NCBI GenBank assembly: GCA_963674595.2
Contig: CAXXFV010000016.1
Coordinates: forward strand, 160,001 to 224,000
Origin: a bacterium
GTDB taxonomy: Bacteria > Zhuqueibacterota > Zhuqueibacteria > Residuimicrobiales > Krinioviventaceae
DNA length: 64,000 bases
Reading direction: 5' to 3'
Part shown: piece by piece, positions 50,025 through 60,141 of the stretch
Numbering within the stretch: the first letter of the stretch is position 1
Layout of the letters: each line of letters opens with the position of its first letter
Program-made: the position numbers and the translations under genes
The notes under the pieces: model-generated
Told to the model about the DNA's origin: nothing
Seen by the model: the letters and a program-made list of their open reading frames with translations, nothing else
Database searches by the model: none

Positions 50025-50960
50025 CTATTTTCCCGGATAACTTTTTCCTTCCATTGCGGCGACATATTTTTCAGACTCCATACCTGCCTGGCAGCCGCTT
50101 CCGGCGGCAGTAATCGCTTGTCTATAAGTTGAATCCTGAACGTCACCACAGGCAAAAACACCTTCAATATTGGTGCGGGTCCTTCGGTCGGTTATAATAT
50201 AATTACTGTCATCCAGTTTAATCTGGTCCTTGAAAAGATCGATATTGGGGTAATGACCGATAAAAATAAACACGCCGTCAATCGGCAAATTGGATGTTTC
50301 TCCTGATTTTACGTTTTTCAGGTCCAGAGATTCCACAGCATCTTTACCGACAACTTTATCAACAACAGTGTCCCATATAAATTCTATTTTTTCATTTTTC
50401 ATGGCACGTTCCTGCAAAATAACATCGGCCCGTAACCGGTCTCTACGGTGAATAATAGTTACTTTTTTAGCATAGCGTGTTAAAAAGAGTGCTTCATCCA
50501 GTGCACTGTTTCCTCCGCCGACAACGACAACATTTTTGTCGGTAAAGAAAAAGCCGTCACAAGTTGCACAATAGGATACACCCCGCCCGATAAGTTCGGA
50601 TTCACCGGGAACACCCAATCTTCTTGGATTTGATCCGGTAGCAATGATCACGGATTTTGTTTCATGTACTTTATCGGCTGTTATAATCTTTTTAATCTCA
50701 CCGTCAAGTTCGACACCGGTGACAACATCATATAAAAGTTTTGTTCCGAATTTTTGGGCTTGTTTTTCTAAAAGCTGATACATTTCAAACCCGCCCAGTC
50801 CTTCCGGGAAACCGGGGAAATTTTCCAGATCATCTGTCAGTGTAACCTGTCCACCACGTTCCATTCCACTTATAACTAAAGGATTAAGATTGGCACGAGC
50901 CGCGTATATAGCAGCAGTTAATCCTGCCGGTCCTGATCCAATTATAATAACATTTTCCAT
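50025..50960 (-). CDS. trxB: Thioredoxin-disulfide reductase
   Basis: GSGPAG, CATCDG, GGGNSA, HRRD and FACGDV..YRQAITAAG; ATG 50960 with GGAGG. Confidence 0.96.
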   Translation of the reverse strand: MENVIIIGSGPAGLTAAIYAARANLNPLVISGMERGGQVTLTDDLENFPGFPEGLGGFEMYQLLEKQAQKFGTKLLYDVVTGVELDGEIKKIITADKVHETKSVIIATGSNPRRLGVPGESELIGRGVSYCATCDGFFFTDKNVVVVGGGNSALDEALFLTRYAKKVTIIHRRDRLRADVILQERAMKNEKIEFIWDTVVDKVVGKDAVESLDLKNVKSGETSNLPIDGVFIFIGHYPNIDLFKDQIKLDDSNYIITDRRTRTNIEGVFACGDVQDSTYRQAITAAGSGCQAGMESEKYVAAMEGKSYPGK

Positions 50961-51050
50961 TTTTTCCTCCAAAACTCCTTGTCTGCAATAATTTTTTATA
51001 ATCAACTAAATGATTAGATTCACGTGCAGCGATTTTTCTTCAAAATATTT

Positions 51051-52025
51051 TCAGGTTGGATTGCCAAAATCTCCGGGAATCAGGTCCTGAATTTGTTCTA
51101 TAACATCCTGCGGCAGTTTTTCATTTTTGGATGCGAGGCAGTTTGCTTCAGCCTGGGCAACGTTTTTTGCTCCCGGAATGGTTGTATGGACCAGGGGTGT
51201 TTGCAATACGTACCGTAAGGCCAGTTCGGGCAAAGTGATCTGTAATTGTTCGGCAATTGGTTTTAACTGTTCAACCTGGGCTATGGCTGTTTTCAATTTT
51301 TCTTCTTTGAGCCAATTTGAGCGATGGTCCGTGTTGTCAAAGGTTGTCGAGGACGTGAATTTGCCGCTTAACAGTCCGGAAGAAAGCGGCACCCTGGCAA
51401 TAATTCCCACATTGTGTTCCTGTGCCAGATTCAGGATTTTTGTTTCAGACTGACGGTCAAGAATGCTGTAATGAAGCTGAATAACATCAACCTGACCGGC
51501 AACAATATACTTTTCAGCTTGTTCCACTTTGTTTACGGAAACACCATAAAATCTGATTTTTCCACTGGTTTTTAATTTTTCCAGCGTTTCAAAGACTTTA
51601 TCGGTTGCCGGATGTTCGGCTGTCGGGCCGTGTAATTGATATATATCGATTGTTTCTTTACGTAATCGGGTCAGGCTGTTTTCACAAGCCTGTTGTATGT
51701 AGGCCGGGTCTAAATTTTTTCGTCCCGGTAAAGGGTCTCTGCGTTCATTACCGACTTTGGTGGCTAAATAGACATTGTCCCAACGATGCTGCATTGTTTT
51801 ACCGATAACATTTTCACTGTGTCCGGCACCATAGGCGTCTGCTGTATCAATCAGGTTGACACCCATGTCCAGGGCTTTTAAAAGGGCCTGGACGCTGTCA
51901 TTGTCATTTACTCCGGCGTAACCTATACCTGAACCGGCAATGTTCCAGCCCCCGCCCATGGCCCAGGCACCAAATCCAATTTCTGATACTTTTAACTTTG
52001 TTTTTCCTAAAATTCTATAATGCAT
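51051..52025 (-). CDS. Aldo/keto reductase
   Basis: GFGAW, DTADAYG.GHSE, ATK, IDIYQLH, GVS and PLSSG motifs. Confidence 0.92.
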   Translation of the reverse strand: MHYRILGKTKLKVSEIGFGAWAMGGGWNIAGSGIGYAGVNDNDSVQALLKALDMGVNLIDTADAYGAGHSENVIGKTMQHRWDNVYLATKVGNERRDPLPGRKNLDPAYIQQACENSLTRLRKETIDIYQLHGPTAEHPATDKVFETLEKLKTSGKIRFYGVSVNKVEQAEKYIVAGQVDVIQLHYSILDRQSETKILNLAQEHNVGIIARVPLSSGLLSGKFTSSTTFDNTDHRSNWLKEEKLKTAIAQVEQLKPIAEQLQITLPELALRYVLQTPLVHTTIPGAKNVAQAEANCLASKNEKLPQDVIEQIQDLIPGDFGNPT

Positions 52026-52112
52026 GTTTTCCCATTCTATTTTTTTAGTATTGTTTTAAAATAAAAGAAAATTGCCGTTAAAATCAAGTTTGGATTTTTG
52101 AAATAGAAAAAA

Positions 52113-52682
52113 TTATTTTACCAAATTGGATATTTTTTTAAAATTTTCGTTTTCGGATGTTTCTAATAATTCAAATAAGGCGGCTTCAGTTGTTGTCAGG
52201 GTTATCCCTAGTTGCTGCATGCGTTTTAATGCAATTTCTTTATCATTCGTCTTCCGTGAACATACGGCATCCGTTGCAATATGGATTTGAAAACCGGCAT
52301 GTGAAAGGTCAAAAGCTGTTTGTAAAACACATACATGTGCTTCCATTCCGGAAATAATAATTTGTTCTAATTCAAATTTTTCCAATTGTTTCATTAAATC
52401 AGAGTTACAACATGTGGAAAAGCGTGTTTTTTCAATGGCTTGGTCGGTGAGAATTGTTTTTAGTTCCGGTACTGTTTCACCAAGCCCTTTCGGATATTGT
52501 TCTGTGTAAAATACAGGGATTTTTAAATGATTACACCCTTTAATAAGCTTTGTAGCGTTATCAATAATAATGTTTCTATCCGGCATTACCCTGGCTAATT
52601 TTTCCTGGATGTCGATAACGAGTAAAGCTGACTGTTCCCTGTTTAATAAATTTGGATGTCTGGGCATGTTGTTTTCTAACAT
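52113..52682 (-). CDS. Isochorismatase family hydrolase (YcaC-like)
   Basis: VIDIQEKL, TEQYPKGLG, KTRFS and EAHVCVLQT. Confidence 0.9.
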   Translation of the reverse strand: MLENNMPRHPNLLNREQSALLVIDIQEKLARVMPDRNIIIDNATKLIKGCNHLKIPVFYTEQYPKGLGETVPELKTILTDQAIEKTRFSTCCNSDLMKQLEKFELEQIIISGMEAHVCVLQTAFDLSHAGFQIHIATDAVCSRKTNDKEIALKRMQQLGITLTTTEAALFELLETSENENFKKISNLVK

Positions 52683-52855
52683 AATTTACTCTTTCCAATA
52701 ATAATTAATCTGTGGTTAATTCTCATGTAACGCGAGAGATATTACATGTTTTTTAATTAGTTATTGTACTGAAAAGACATCAAAATGTTTAAGGAAAGAA
52801 AGTTTTTTAAATTTAATGGTAATATTAAATATGTTCAAATAAAATGAGACCGAAA

Positions 52856-53326
52856 CTACATGATTTCTACAATTTTATAAGATAATGTACCTGCCGGCAC
52901 TTGAATTTCAACAAGATCGTCTACTTCTTTACCTACCAATGCTTTTCCTACCGGCGAATCGATTGAAACGGCATCCGGGTCAAATGTGTTAAATTCTGCT
53001 GTTGGAATGATTTCATAAATAATTTCTTCTTTGTTTTTTGTGTCTACAATTTTTACACGGCTTCCAATATGCACTTTGGAATTGTTCAGCATTTCTTCCG
53101 TCATAACACGGGCTCTGGAAAGTGTTTCTTCCAAACGGGCAATTTTGCGTTCAACAAGAGATTGTTTCTCTTTTGCAGCATCATATTCCGCATTTTCGCT
53201 CAAATCTCCATGTTCTCGTGCTTCAGCAATCGCATTAATAGCTTTTGTTCGTTCCTCTTTTTTTAAATAGTTTAGTTCATTATGAAGCTTGTCAAATTGT
53301 TCCTGAGATAGATACATTGCCTTCAT
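52856..53326 (-). CDS. greA: Transcription elongation factor GreA
   Basis: AREHGDLSENAEYDAAK; SIDSPVGKALVG; VPAG. Confidence 0.97.
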   Translation of the reverse strand: MKAMYLSQEQFDKLHNELNYLKKEERTKAINAIAEAREHGDLSENAEYDAAKEKQSLVERKIARLEETLSRARVMTEEMLNNSKVHIGSRVKIVDTKNKEEIIYEIIPTAEFNTFDPDAVSIDSPVGKALVGKEVDDLVEIQVPAGTLSYKIVEIM

Positions 53327-53390
53327 TTATCAGCCTTTCATAATATATTATAAATTTTATATTTATTCTGTTTTCTTTGAGCTAATTTAT

Positions 53391-53439
53391 AAAAAAAACA
53401 AACCGAGTCAGAAAAAAAGATTTTCTAACTCGGTTTGTT
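53391..53439 (-). terminator. Intrinsic terminator/attenuator in the greA 5' leader
   Basis: Minus strand AACAAACCGAGTTAGAAAA-TCTTT-TTTTCTGACTCGGTTTGTT running into a T tract; the upstream gene is divergent, so it cannot be that gene's terminator. Confidence 0.7.
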
Positions 53440-53444
53440 GAATA

Positions 53445-53473
53445 AAACTACTAAAAATTAACAAACAAGTCAA
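53445..53473 (-). promoter_or_regulatory. Sigma70-type greA promoter
   Basis: Minus strand TTGACT (53473-53468), 17 bp spacer, TAGTTT (53450-53445). Confidence 0.55.
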
Positions 53474-53575
53474 GTAAAATCGGCTTTATTTCTGATTTTT
53501 CAAAAACCTTTGTTTTTTTCTCTAGTTCTATTATATTGCATGCTACTGATTTAAAAAAATTATGAAAGGTTCCCC

Positions 53576-55630
53576 ATGAAGCACCCAAAAAAAACCATCC
53601 CAAACTCCACAATTATGTGGACGCTCACCGATAAGGTTATTGAAAACAGTGAGGTTTTGGAACAACAATTTTTTGATATTATAAATGCCGGATTTGACGG
53701 TATAGCCCCGTTTGTACGATGCAGCCGGTATAATTGGGCTGCAAAACCTGCGCGCCAGGCAATTGCTCATGTTCGCAGTTTGTGCGAGAAACATGAAATT
53801 AAATTGTGGCTTTTTCCTGATCCTCGTTTTATTTCCCGAACAATTGTGCAAAAATCAAAAGGACTGCCTGTCCTTTTGTGCGGAGAACAGGTAATTGCCG
53901 AAAAGGTACCTCAATTATGCGATATTTCAAATGGCTCTTTTAATATACGCTGTCATGTCCCGCCGCGTAAAGGGCACATGATCAACGAGGTCGGCATAGA
54001 GTTTACACCCGTTAAACTCGCGGCTGTCTATGCCGTACGTGATAAAGATGTTATTGCTGATGATGATATTGTGGATATAACCTCACAAGCGCAGTTATTT
54101 TATAATGCTTTTGAACATTACGCAGAAGCTTTTGGAAAAATTAAAATTGAAGATGAGGAAAACTGGAAAGTCATGGCTTTTTTTGAGACGGTAGCTATAC
54201 ATTTTGATTTTTCCAATCCGCAACATTTAACGGATTATATTTCTATCCTTGTTGATTTTGCAAAGGAAACCGGCCAGGCAGATGCCTTTTTATGGGATGA
54301 ACCCGGATATACCTGTGTGTATGGGGCTTTTCCATTTTCCGAATACCTTCAGAATAATTTTTTAAAAAAGACCGGCATGTCCTTACAGGACAATTTATGG
54401 AAACTTGTTAGTAAAACGCAGGACAATTCGCATATCAGAGTCCGTTCTCATTATTTTAATGCTGTTCAGCAAAGTGTCAACAATGCTCAGAAAAAATCCT
54501 GGGATGCTGTTAAGAAAATATGGGGCGAACAAACCGCCTGTGGTATTCATGATACCTGGCATTTTGAAATGGGTGACATGGCGGATATGAATCACGGAAG
54601 CATGGATTTGTGGAAAGGCCTTATCTCCAAGGACGGCGGATATGTTGACCTGGGCGCTATTAATTATTTAAAAGAGCCGGATTCATTCTATTATAAAAAT
54701 TTCGCCGCATTATCCATGATGTGTAAATCTCTGGGTGTTTTTAGCCAGGATAAATATGCATTTAACAACATGTGGACAATAGGCGATGACGACGGTGAAG
54801 GCTGGCAGGTTACTGTTATGGATTATTGTGTCAATGCGATGATTATGCTTGGACAACGGTGGCTGGCACATATTTACGGTCCGGTTGGTGTTATAGGTGA
54901 AGAAGCCGGCTTTTTAGGCTCTCCTCCAATGCCAGGGCATCCGGACCACAGCACCTGGCCGCATTACCCGGAATGGAATGAAAGGTATGAAAAGCATTTG
55001 AACGATGTGCAACACAAACTGCCGGAAGCGAATGTTCTTGTCGTTTTTCCGGCGGAAACAATGTATGCGGCTGCAAATGCTGCATGTAACAAAACTGCAC
55101 TGGAGGTATTTGATATCATTCTTGATTTAATGGACCGTCATTATCAGATTGATGTTGTCTCTTCAGTTATTTTAGAAAAAGGAAAATGGCAGATGGGACA
55201 ATTTGCTGTAAATGATAGTAAATATGATTTGATTCTTTTGCCGTTTGCAAATATTTTACCGGACCATATTGTTAGCATATTAAGTGAGAATAAAGATAAA
55301 GTAATGTTTGTCGAATCTGTTCCTGAAACCAGTACAAATGGAGAAAAAATTGAGGCTGATATACAACATTATGCAAAGGACAGGAAAACCATGATTGATT
55401 TATTAGACCAAATGGATCTAAAAACAGTACAAGCTCCTGACAATTGCTGGGTATCTGTGACACAAACTGGTCAGGGACGTGTTATTTCCCTTTGTCCTGC
55501 GCGGCATACATATTGCTATGAAGGGAATGTCTCTTTTAACGGACAACAAATGAATATAGATCAATCGAAAGGTTTAACCAGAATATTGTTTCCTGAAAAT
55601 GGTCAACCACAAATTCTTTTTCATACTTGA
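53576..55630 (+). CDS. Uncharacterised glycoside-hydrolase-like protein (GH106/GH2-like TIM barrel plus class I GATase-like domain)
   Basis: N-terminal WTL...AGFDGI...IKLWLF; DFSNP; FLWDEP; HSTWPHY..WN; C-terminal VLVVFP and YDLILLP, as in GH106/beta-galactosidase trimerisation domains; no signal peptide. Confidence 0.5.
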   Translation: MKHPKKTIPNSTIMWTLTDKVIENSEVLEQQFFDIINAGFDGIAPFVRCSRYNWAAKPARQAIAHVRSLCEKHEIKLWLFPDPRFISRTIVQKSKGLPVLLCGEQVIAEKVPQLCDISNGSFNIRCHVPPRKGHMINEVGIEFTPVKLAAVYAVRDKDVIADDDIVDITSQAQLFYNAFEHYAEAFGKIKIEDEENWKVMAFFETVAIHFDFSNPQHLTDYISILVDFAKETGQADAFLWDEPGYTCVYGAFPFSEYLQNNFLKKTGMSLQDNLWKLVSKTQDNSHIRVRSHYFNAVQQSVNNAQKKSWDAVKKIWGEQTACGIHDTWHFEMGDMADMNHGSMDLWKGLISKDGGYVDLGAINYLKEPDSFYYKNFAALSMMCKSLGVFSQDKYAFNNMWTIGDDDGEGWQVTVMDYCVNAMIMLGQRWLAHIYGPVGVIGEEAGFLGSPPMPGHPDHSTWPHYPEWNERYEKHLNDVQHKLPEANVLVVFPAETMYAAANAACNKTALEVFDIILDLMDRHYQIDVVSSVILEKGKWQMGQFAVNDSKYDLILLPFANILPDHIVSILSENKDKVMFVESVPETSTNGEKIEADIQHYAKDRKTMIDLLDQMDLKTVQAPDNCWVSVTQTGQGRVISLCPARHTYCYEGNVSFNGQQMNIDQSKGLTRILFPENGQPQILFHT

Positions 55631-55637
55631 GGTTATA

Positions 55638-56705
55638 ATGAATCTTGATGAACATATTAACGGCGTTGTTAAACGAAGCCGCAATTTTTATATTAAAAAG
55701 GATAATGGACATATTTTATTAAATGTTCGGGTCCCCTATGGAAATATTTCCACACCACCTCTTTACTATTTTGATCTCGAAAGTCAACTGGATGAATATC
55801 TTGAATATCAGTTGAATGTATCGCGGGAAAAATGGAATGCCAAGGAGGGTTTGGAGGACGACTATATCCCTGCTATTTGTCCCCGATTTGGTGTAGCGGA
55901 ACATTCAGCCTGGCTGGGTGCCGAAGTGTTGTTGCAGGAAGATACGTGCCTGCCGGTTCCGTTTATAGAAAATATTGCTGATATTGACAGGCTTTTATTA
56001 AATAAAGAATCCTCATGGTTTCAACTGATGAAAAGAGGATATGAATTTTTACGCAGCAAAAAAGACGGTAGTTTTGTTTTGTCGGTTCGTGGTACCATGG
56101 CCCCTATGGACATTGCCAATGCCATACGTGGTGATTCCATGTTTACGGATTTTTTATTAAATCCTGAATTTGCTCACAAGCTTATGCAAAAATTGGTTGA
56201 GGCCATTCAGTGGTATTATAATCATATTCTGTCCTGGGCCGACAAGGTGCATGACGGACATGTTTATTATATGATGGACAATTGGATGGGACCCGATAGC
56301 CTTGGGCATTTGTCAAATGATGCTGCCATGCTCTGTTCTGCTGCTGTATACGAAGAGTTTGGATATCCCTATGAAGTAGAACTGGTTAAAAACTGGAAAA
56401 ATATTTTTTACCATGTTCATAACGAAAAGGTCCATTATTTTCCCAAACTGGTAGAATTACCGGGGCTGGCGTTGCTGGAAGTTTCTCAGGACCCGAAAAC
56501 AGTCCCGCCGATTGAAGATTTGGAAAATATATTCAATGTTACCGATTCGGTAAACCTGATGTTACACGCAACCAGTCAACAGGTCAGAGACCAAATTGAG
56601 ATGTTGAAAAAGAGAAATGTTTATCTAGATGTGACATGTGCCGATAAAAAAGATGCCCAGGATATTATCCAGTTTGTTCGAAAACATTCAAAACCGCTGG
56701 ATTAA
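55638..56705 (+). CDS. Uroporphyrinogen decarboxylase (URO-D/MtaA-CmuA)-like TIM barrel protein
   Basis: APMDIANAIRG..MF.D..NPE..H.L; SNDAAMLCS...YEEF..PY; YHVH; ATG 55638. Confidence 0.7.
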   Translation: MNLDEHINGVVKRSRNFYIKKDNGHILLNVRVPYGNISTPPLYYFDLESQLDEYLEYQLNVSREKWNAKEGLEDDYIPAICPRFGVAEHSAWLGAEVLLQEDTCLPVPFIENIADIDRLLLNKESSWFQLMKRGYEFLRSKKDGSFVLSVRGTMAPMDIANAIRGDSMFTDFLLNPEFAHKLMQKLVEAIQWYYNHILSWADKVHDGHVYYMMDNWMGPDSLGHLSNDAAMLCSAAVYEEFGYPYEVELVKNWKNIFYHVHNEKVHYFPKLVELPGLALLEVSQDPKTVPPIEDLENIFNVTDSVNLMLHATSQQVRDQIEMLKKRNVYLDVTCADKKDAQDIIQFVRKHSKPLD

Positions 56706-57788
56706 TTAAAAACGGGAATCTATAATCCCGCCGCCGATTAATAATTCATCCTGATAAAGAACCAGTGATTGTCCCGGTGTAACGGCCGGTCGTGGTTCGA
56801 CAAAATGGATTTTAACAGAATTATCTGTAAATTCTTTAATAACTGCCGGATATCCGGGGTCCCGGTATCTGATGCGGGCTTCTACCGGCATATCTGGTTC
56901 CGGCTTTTCAATGGACACCCAGTTTGTGTTTTTAGCAATGAGGCCATCGGATAATAAATCTTTTTTCAAGCCGATTCGGACCTCATTGTTTTTCGAATCA
57001 ATTTTCGTCACATAAACAGGGTGGCCCAAAGCAATGCCTAGTCCTTTCCTTTGACCAATGGTATAAAAAGGAAAGCCTTTGTGTTGTCCGATTGTTTCCC
57101 CTTCCTGGTTGACAATGTTCCCCTTTTCTATGGCAATGTTTTTTGTTTTAAACGTTTCTGTTAAATAATTATAAAGATCATTTTCCGGAATGAAACAAAT
57201 GTCCTGGCTTTCAGCTTTTTGAGCTATGTCGAGCTGTAAAGAAGCTGCGATTTCCCTTACCTTGTCTTTTTCAAGGTTTTCCAATGGAAACAGTGTATGG
57301 CTTAATTGCTCCTGTGACAGGCGCCATAACGCATAGGACTGGTCTTTTTGTTTGTTTGATGATTTTAAAAGCTGGTATCTGTTTAGATCTTTGTTGAACT
57401 GTAAATTCAGGTAATGTCCTGTGGCAATAAAATCAGCTCCCTGCGATTTTGCCAGTTCCAGCAACGCACCCCATTTAATTGTTTTGTTACATTGAACACA
57501 CGGATTTGGTGTGCGTCCTGCCAGGTATTCATCTACAAAATTGTTAATAACATGTTTTTGAAATTGATTTTTTATATCAAAGACAAAATGCGGGATGCCC
57601 AGCTTTTTGCAGACACCAGCCGCATCTTTGGCGGCCTTTTGTGCAGGATTCCCGGACGCATCAAAATGCATCATGGTTACACCAAAAACATCATGTCCTT
57701 GTTGTAACAGCAATGCCGCCGCAACGGAACTGTCAACTCCGCCGCTCATGGCAACGGCAATTTTTTTGTGATGTGAGTTTTTTGTCAT
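56706..57788 (-). CDS. mnmA: tRNA 2-thiouridine(34) synthase MnmA
   Basis: AMSGGVDSS, TPNPCVQCN, ATGHY, KDQSY, ESQDICF, TIGQRKGL and TPGQ. Confidence 0.97.
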   Translation of the reverse strand: MTKNSHHKKIAVAMSGGVDSSVAAALLLQQGHDVFGVTMMHFDASGNPAQKAAKDAAGVCKKLGIPHFVFDIKNQFQKHVINNFVDEYLAGRTPNPCVQCNKTIKWGALLELAKSQGADFIATGHYLNLQFNKDLNRYQLLKSSNKQKDQSYALWRLSQEQLSHTLFPLENLEKDKVREIAASLQLDIAQKAESQDICFIPENDLYNYLTETFKTKNIAIEKGNIVNQEGETIGQHKGFPFYTIGQRKGLGIALGHPVYVTKIDSKNNEVRIGLKKDLLSDGLIAKNTNWVSIEKPEPDMPVEARIRYRDPGYPAVIKEFTDNSVKIHFVEPRPAVTPGQSLVLYQDELLIGGGIIDSRF

Positions 57789-59239
57789 AGTTTTTTTGCT
57801 AACGTAAAATAAAAATTCGAACCTTTATCTATTTTGCTGGTTACCTGTATTTTACTCCCGTGGGCTTCAACTATGTGTTTTACAATAGCCAGTCCCAATC
57901 CGGTACCTCCCACAGCTCTGGATCGTTCTTTATCTACACGATAGAAACGTTCAAATATGCGGGAAAGATGCTCCTCAGCTATCCCTTTGCCGGAATCTTT
58001 GACATAAATTGTTACATTTTTTTTGTTTTCCTCATAGCCGATTTCAACCGTACCGTTGGGTTTATTATATTTTATAGCGTTGGTTACCAGGTTTGTAATG
58101 ACCTGATTAAGACGTTGCTGGTCACCCAGCACTTCCAGTGGTTTGGAGTCTTGATTTTTATAATAAAGTTTGATATTGTTTTCAGTCACCATGGCTTGTA
58201 AATCTTCTACGAGTTTTTGCAGCCAGTCATGAATATTGAATCCGTAAAATGTCATTTTCATTTCACCGGATTCAATCCTTGAAATGTCAATCAGGTCCGT
58301 CAACAGCGTATTTAACCGAACGGCTTGCCGATAGGCTTTGGTAATGAACTTTTTTTGTGTAATAACATCACAATTATCATAATCAAGCAGGGTTTCCAGA
58401 TATCCCTGAACAGCAAATATCGGCGTACGAAGTTCATGAGATACATTACCGAGGAATTCAGTTCTCATTTTTTCCAGTTTCCGGAGCTGAACCAAATCAT
58501 CGCCAACTTTATCCATTGTTTCGTTTAATAAGGAAGCCAGTTTCCCGATTTCATCTTTTGAGTTGTGGTCAAATCGCTGCTTGAGGTTTCCGGCTTTAAT
58601 TTGTTCTGCAACTTTACTCATTTTAAATATCGGGTAGGTCAGTTTTGTTGAAATACGGTAACTTAGAATCGCTATAATAAGCCACGCCAGCCCACCGGCG
58701 CCAAATATTTTCCACCTAACCTGATTCAATATATGATTAACATCATGTAACGGCAAGGCAAGCCGAATAAACTGAACATCTTTTCTCCCCTCTGCCGTAT
58801 CAATATAGCTGTCTGTTTTTTGCGCTACATAAAACATTGACTGATTAATCGTGGCGCTTAGCCGGGAATTTTGCCCTGTACCCGAATTTAAAGCTTGCTG
58901 GATTTCCGGTCTGTCGAGATGATTTTCAATATAAATTATTGAATCCGGCATTACATTTGAATCAAAAACAACACGACCCACCGAATCGATGAGAGTCAGC
59001 CGTGTGCCCGAAGTTTTAACGAATGAAGACAAGAGGTTATGGTGTGTGTTATAAGAAGCAATATTTGTGTTTTTTAATAAAAAATCGAGTTCGTTTATCT
59101 GCACGTATAGTTGATTATATAATCTTGATTTAAAATATTTTTGAATTTCAAAGGAAGATATCAAACTTGAAACAATGGTGACAAATATAAGAAGTGATAA
59201 TGTTAATAAAATTAATTTTTTGCGAAGAGAAAGTTTCAT
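57785..59239 (-). CDS. phoR: Phosphate regulon sensor histidine kinase (HAMP-HisKA-HATPase)
   Basis: ENHLDRPE periplasmic motif; NVSHELRTP; FERFYRVDKERSR..GGTGLGLAIVKH; next to a phosphate transporter. Confidence 0.85.
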   Translation of the reverse strand: MKLSLRKKLILLTLSLLIFVTIVSSLISSFEIQKYFKSRLYNQLYVQINELDFLLKNTNIASYNTHHNLLSSFVKTSGTRLTLIDSVGRVVFDSNVMPDSIIYIENHLDRPEIQQALNSGTGQNSRLSATINQSMFYVAQKTDSYIDTAEGRKDVQFIRLALPLHDVNHILNQVRWKIFGAGGLAWLIIAILSYRISTKLTYPIFKMSKVAEQIKAGNLKQRFDHNSKDEIGKLASLLNETMDKVGDDLVQLRKLEKMRTEFLGNVSHELRTPIFAVQGYLETLLDYDNCDVITQKKFITKAYRQAVRLNTLLTDLIDISRIESGEMKMTFYGFNIHDWLQKLVEDLQAMVTENNIKLYYKNQDSKPLEVLGDQQRLNQVITNLVTNAIKYNKPNGTVEIGYEENKKNVTIYVKDSGKGIAEEHLSRIFERFYRVDKERSRAVGGTGLGLAIVKHIVEAHGSKIQVTSKIDKGSNFYFTLAKKL

Positions 59240-59242
59240 AAA

Positions 59243-59929
59243 TTATTCGGTTTTGAATCGGTAGCCTACACCTTTAATTGTTTCAATATTGTCCATGTAA
59301 TTAACCCCAAGTTTTTCACGAATATTCCTGATATGAACATCGATTGTTCTGTCTACAACAACCACATTGTAACCCCAAATTTCGTTAAGCAATATTTCAC
59401 GCGTGATGACCCGACCCGGTCTTTGCGCCAGGTAGGTAAGAATTTCAAACTCTTTTTTTGTCAAGGTGAGTGGTTTACCGGCTATTTTAACTTCATAGCT
59501 GTCAGGATCAATAACAATATCACCAAACTGGAGTTTGCTTTCAATGGGAGGTGTTGTCCGGGTCTTTCGGAATACATTTTTTACCCGTGCCAATAGTTTT
59601 CTCATGCTTATTGGTTTTACAATATAGTCATCTGCACCCAGTTCCAAACCAACCACTTCATCTATTTCACTGTCTTTGGCTGTGAGAAATATAACAGGAA
59701 TATTTTCGGTTTCATTGTTTTTTCGTAGTTCTTTAATGACCTGAAGGCCGTCTTTACCGGGAAGCATAATATCCAAAAGAATGAGGTCCGGTTTAATTTC
59801 TTCAGCCAAATCCAATGCCTGTTCACCATCCATGGCCGTGAAAATTTTATATCCTTCTGCTTTTAAATTAAATTTTAATAACGAAAGGATATCTTTTTCA
59901 TCATCTACTATGAGAATTTTTTCAGTCAT
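59243..59929 (-). CDS. phoB: OmpR-family response regulator PhoB/PhoP
   Basis: VDDE, LLDIMLP, LTAK, GADDY.VKP and RTIDVHIRNIREKL. Confidence 0.85.
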   Translation of the reverse strand: MTEKILIVDDEKDILSLLKFNLKAEGYKIFTAMDGEQALDLAEEIKPDLILLDIMLPGKDGLQVIKELRKNNETENIPVIFLTAKDSEIDEVVGLELGADDYIVKPISMRKLLARVKNVFRKTRTTPPIESKLQFGDIVIDPDSYEVKIAGKPLTLTKKEFEILTYLAQRPGRVITREILLNEIWGYNVVVVDRTIDVHIRNIREKLGVNYMDNIETIKGVGYRFKTE

Positions 59930-60011
59930 TTTTTACCAAATATTTTTTTAAAAATGTTTGTTTACAATGTAAATGTAGCATCAATGATTGTCGAAATCAA
60001 GGTTTTTTATC

Positions 60012-60039
60012 TTAACAATTTCTTAACATTAAATTTATC
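60012..60039 (+). promoter_or_regulatory. Putative Pho box (11-bp-phased TTAACA repeats) between phoB and the PiT gene
   Basis: TTAACA at 60012 and 60023, degenerate TTTATC at 60034. Confidence 0.6.
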
Positions 60040-60141
60040 CTGGCTTTATAAGAAATTACTAATATAACAACATTTTTATTTTTAATTGGTTTATTTTACA
60101 TTAAGGAAAGAATGGACCATAAATTTTTATAGGTGAAGAGA

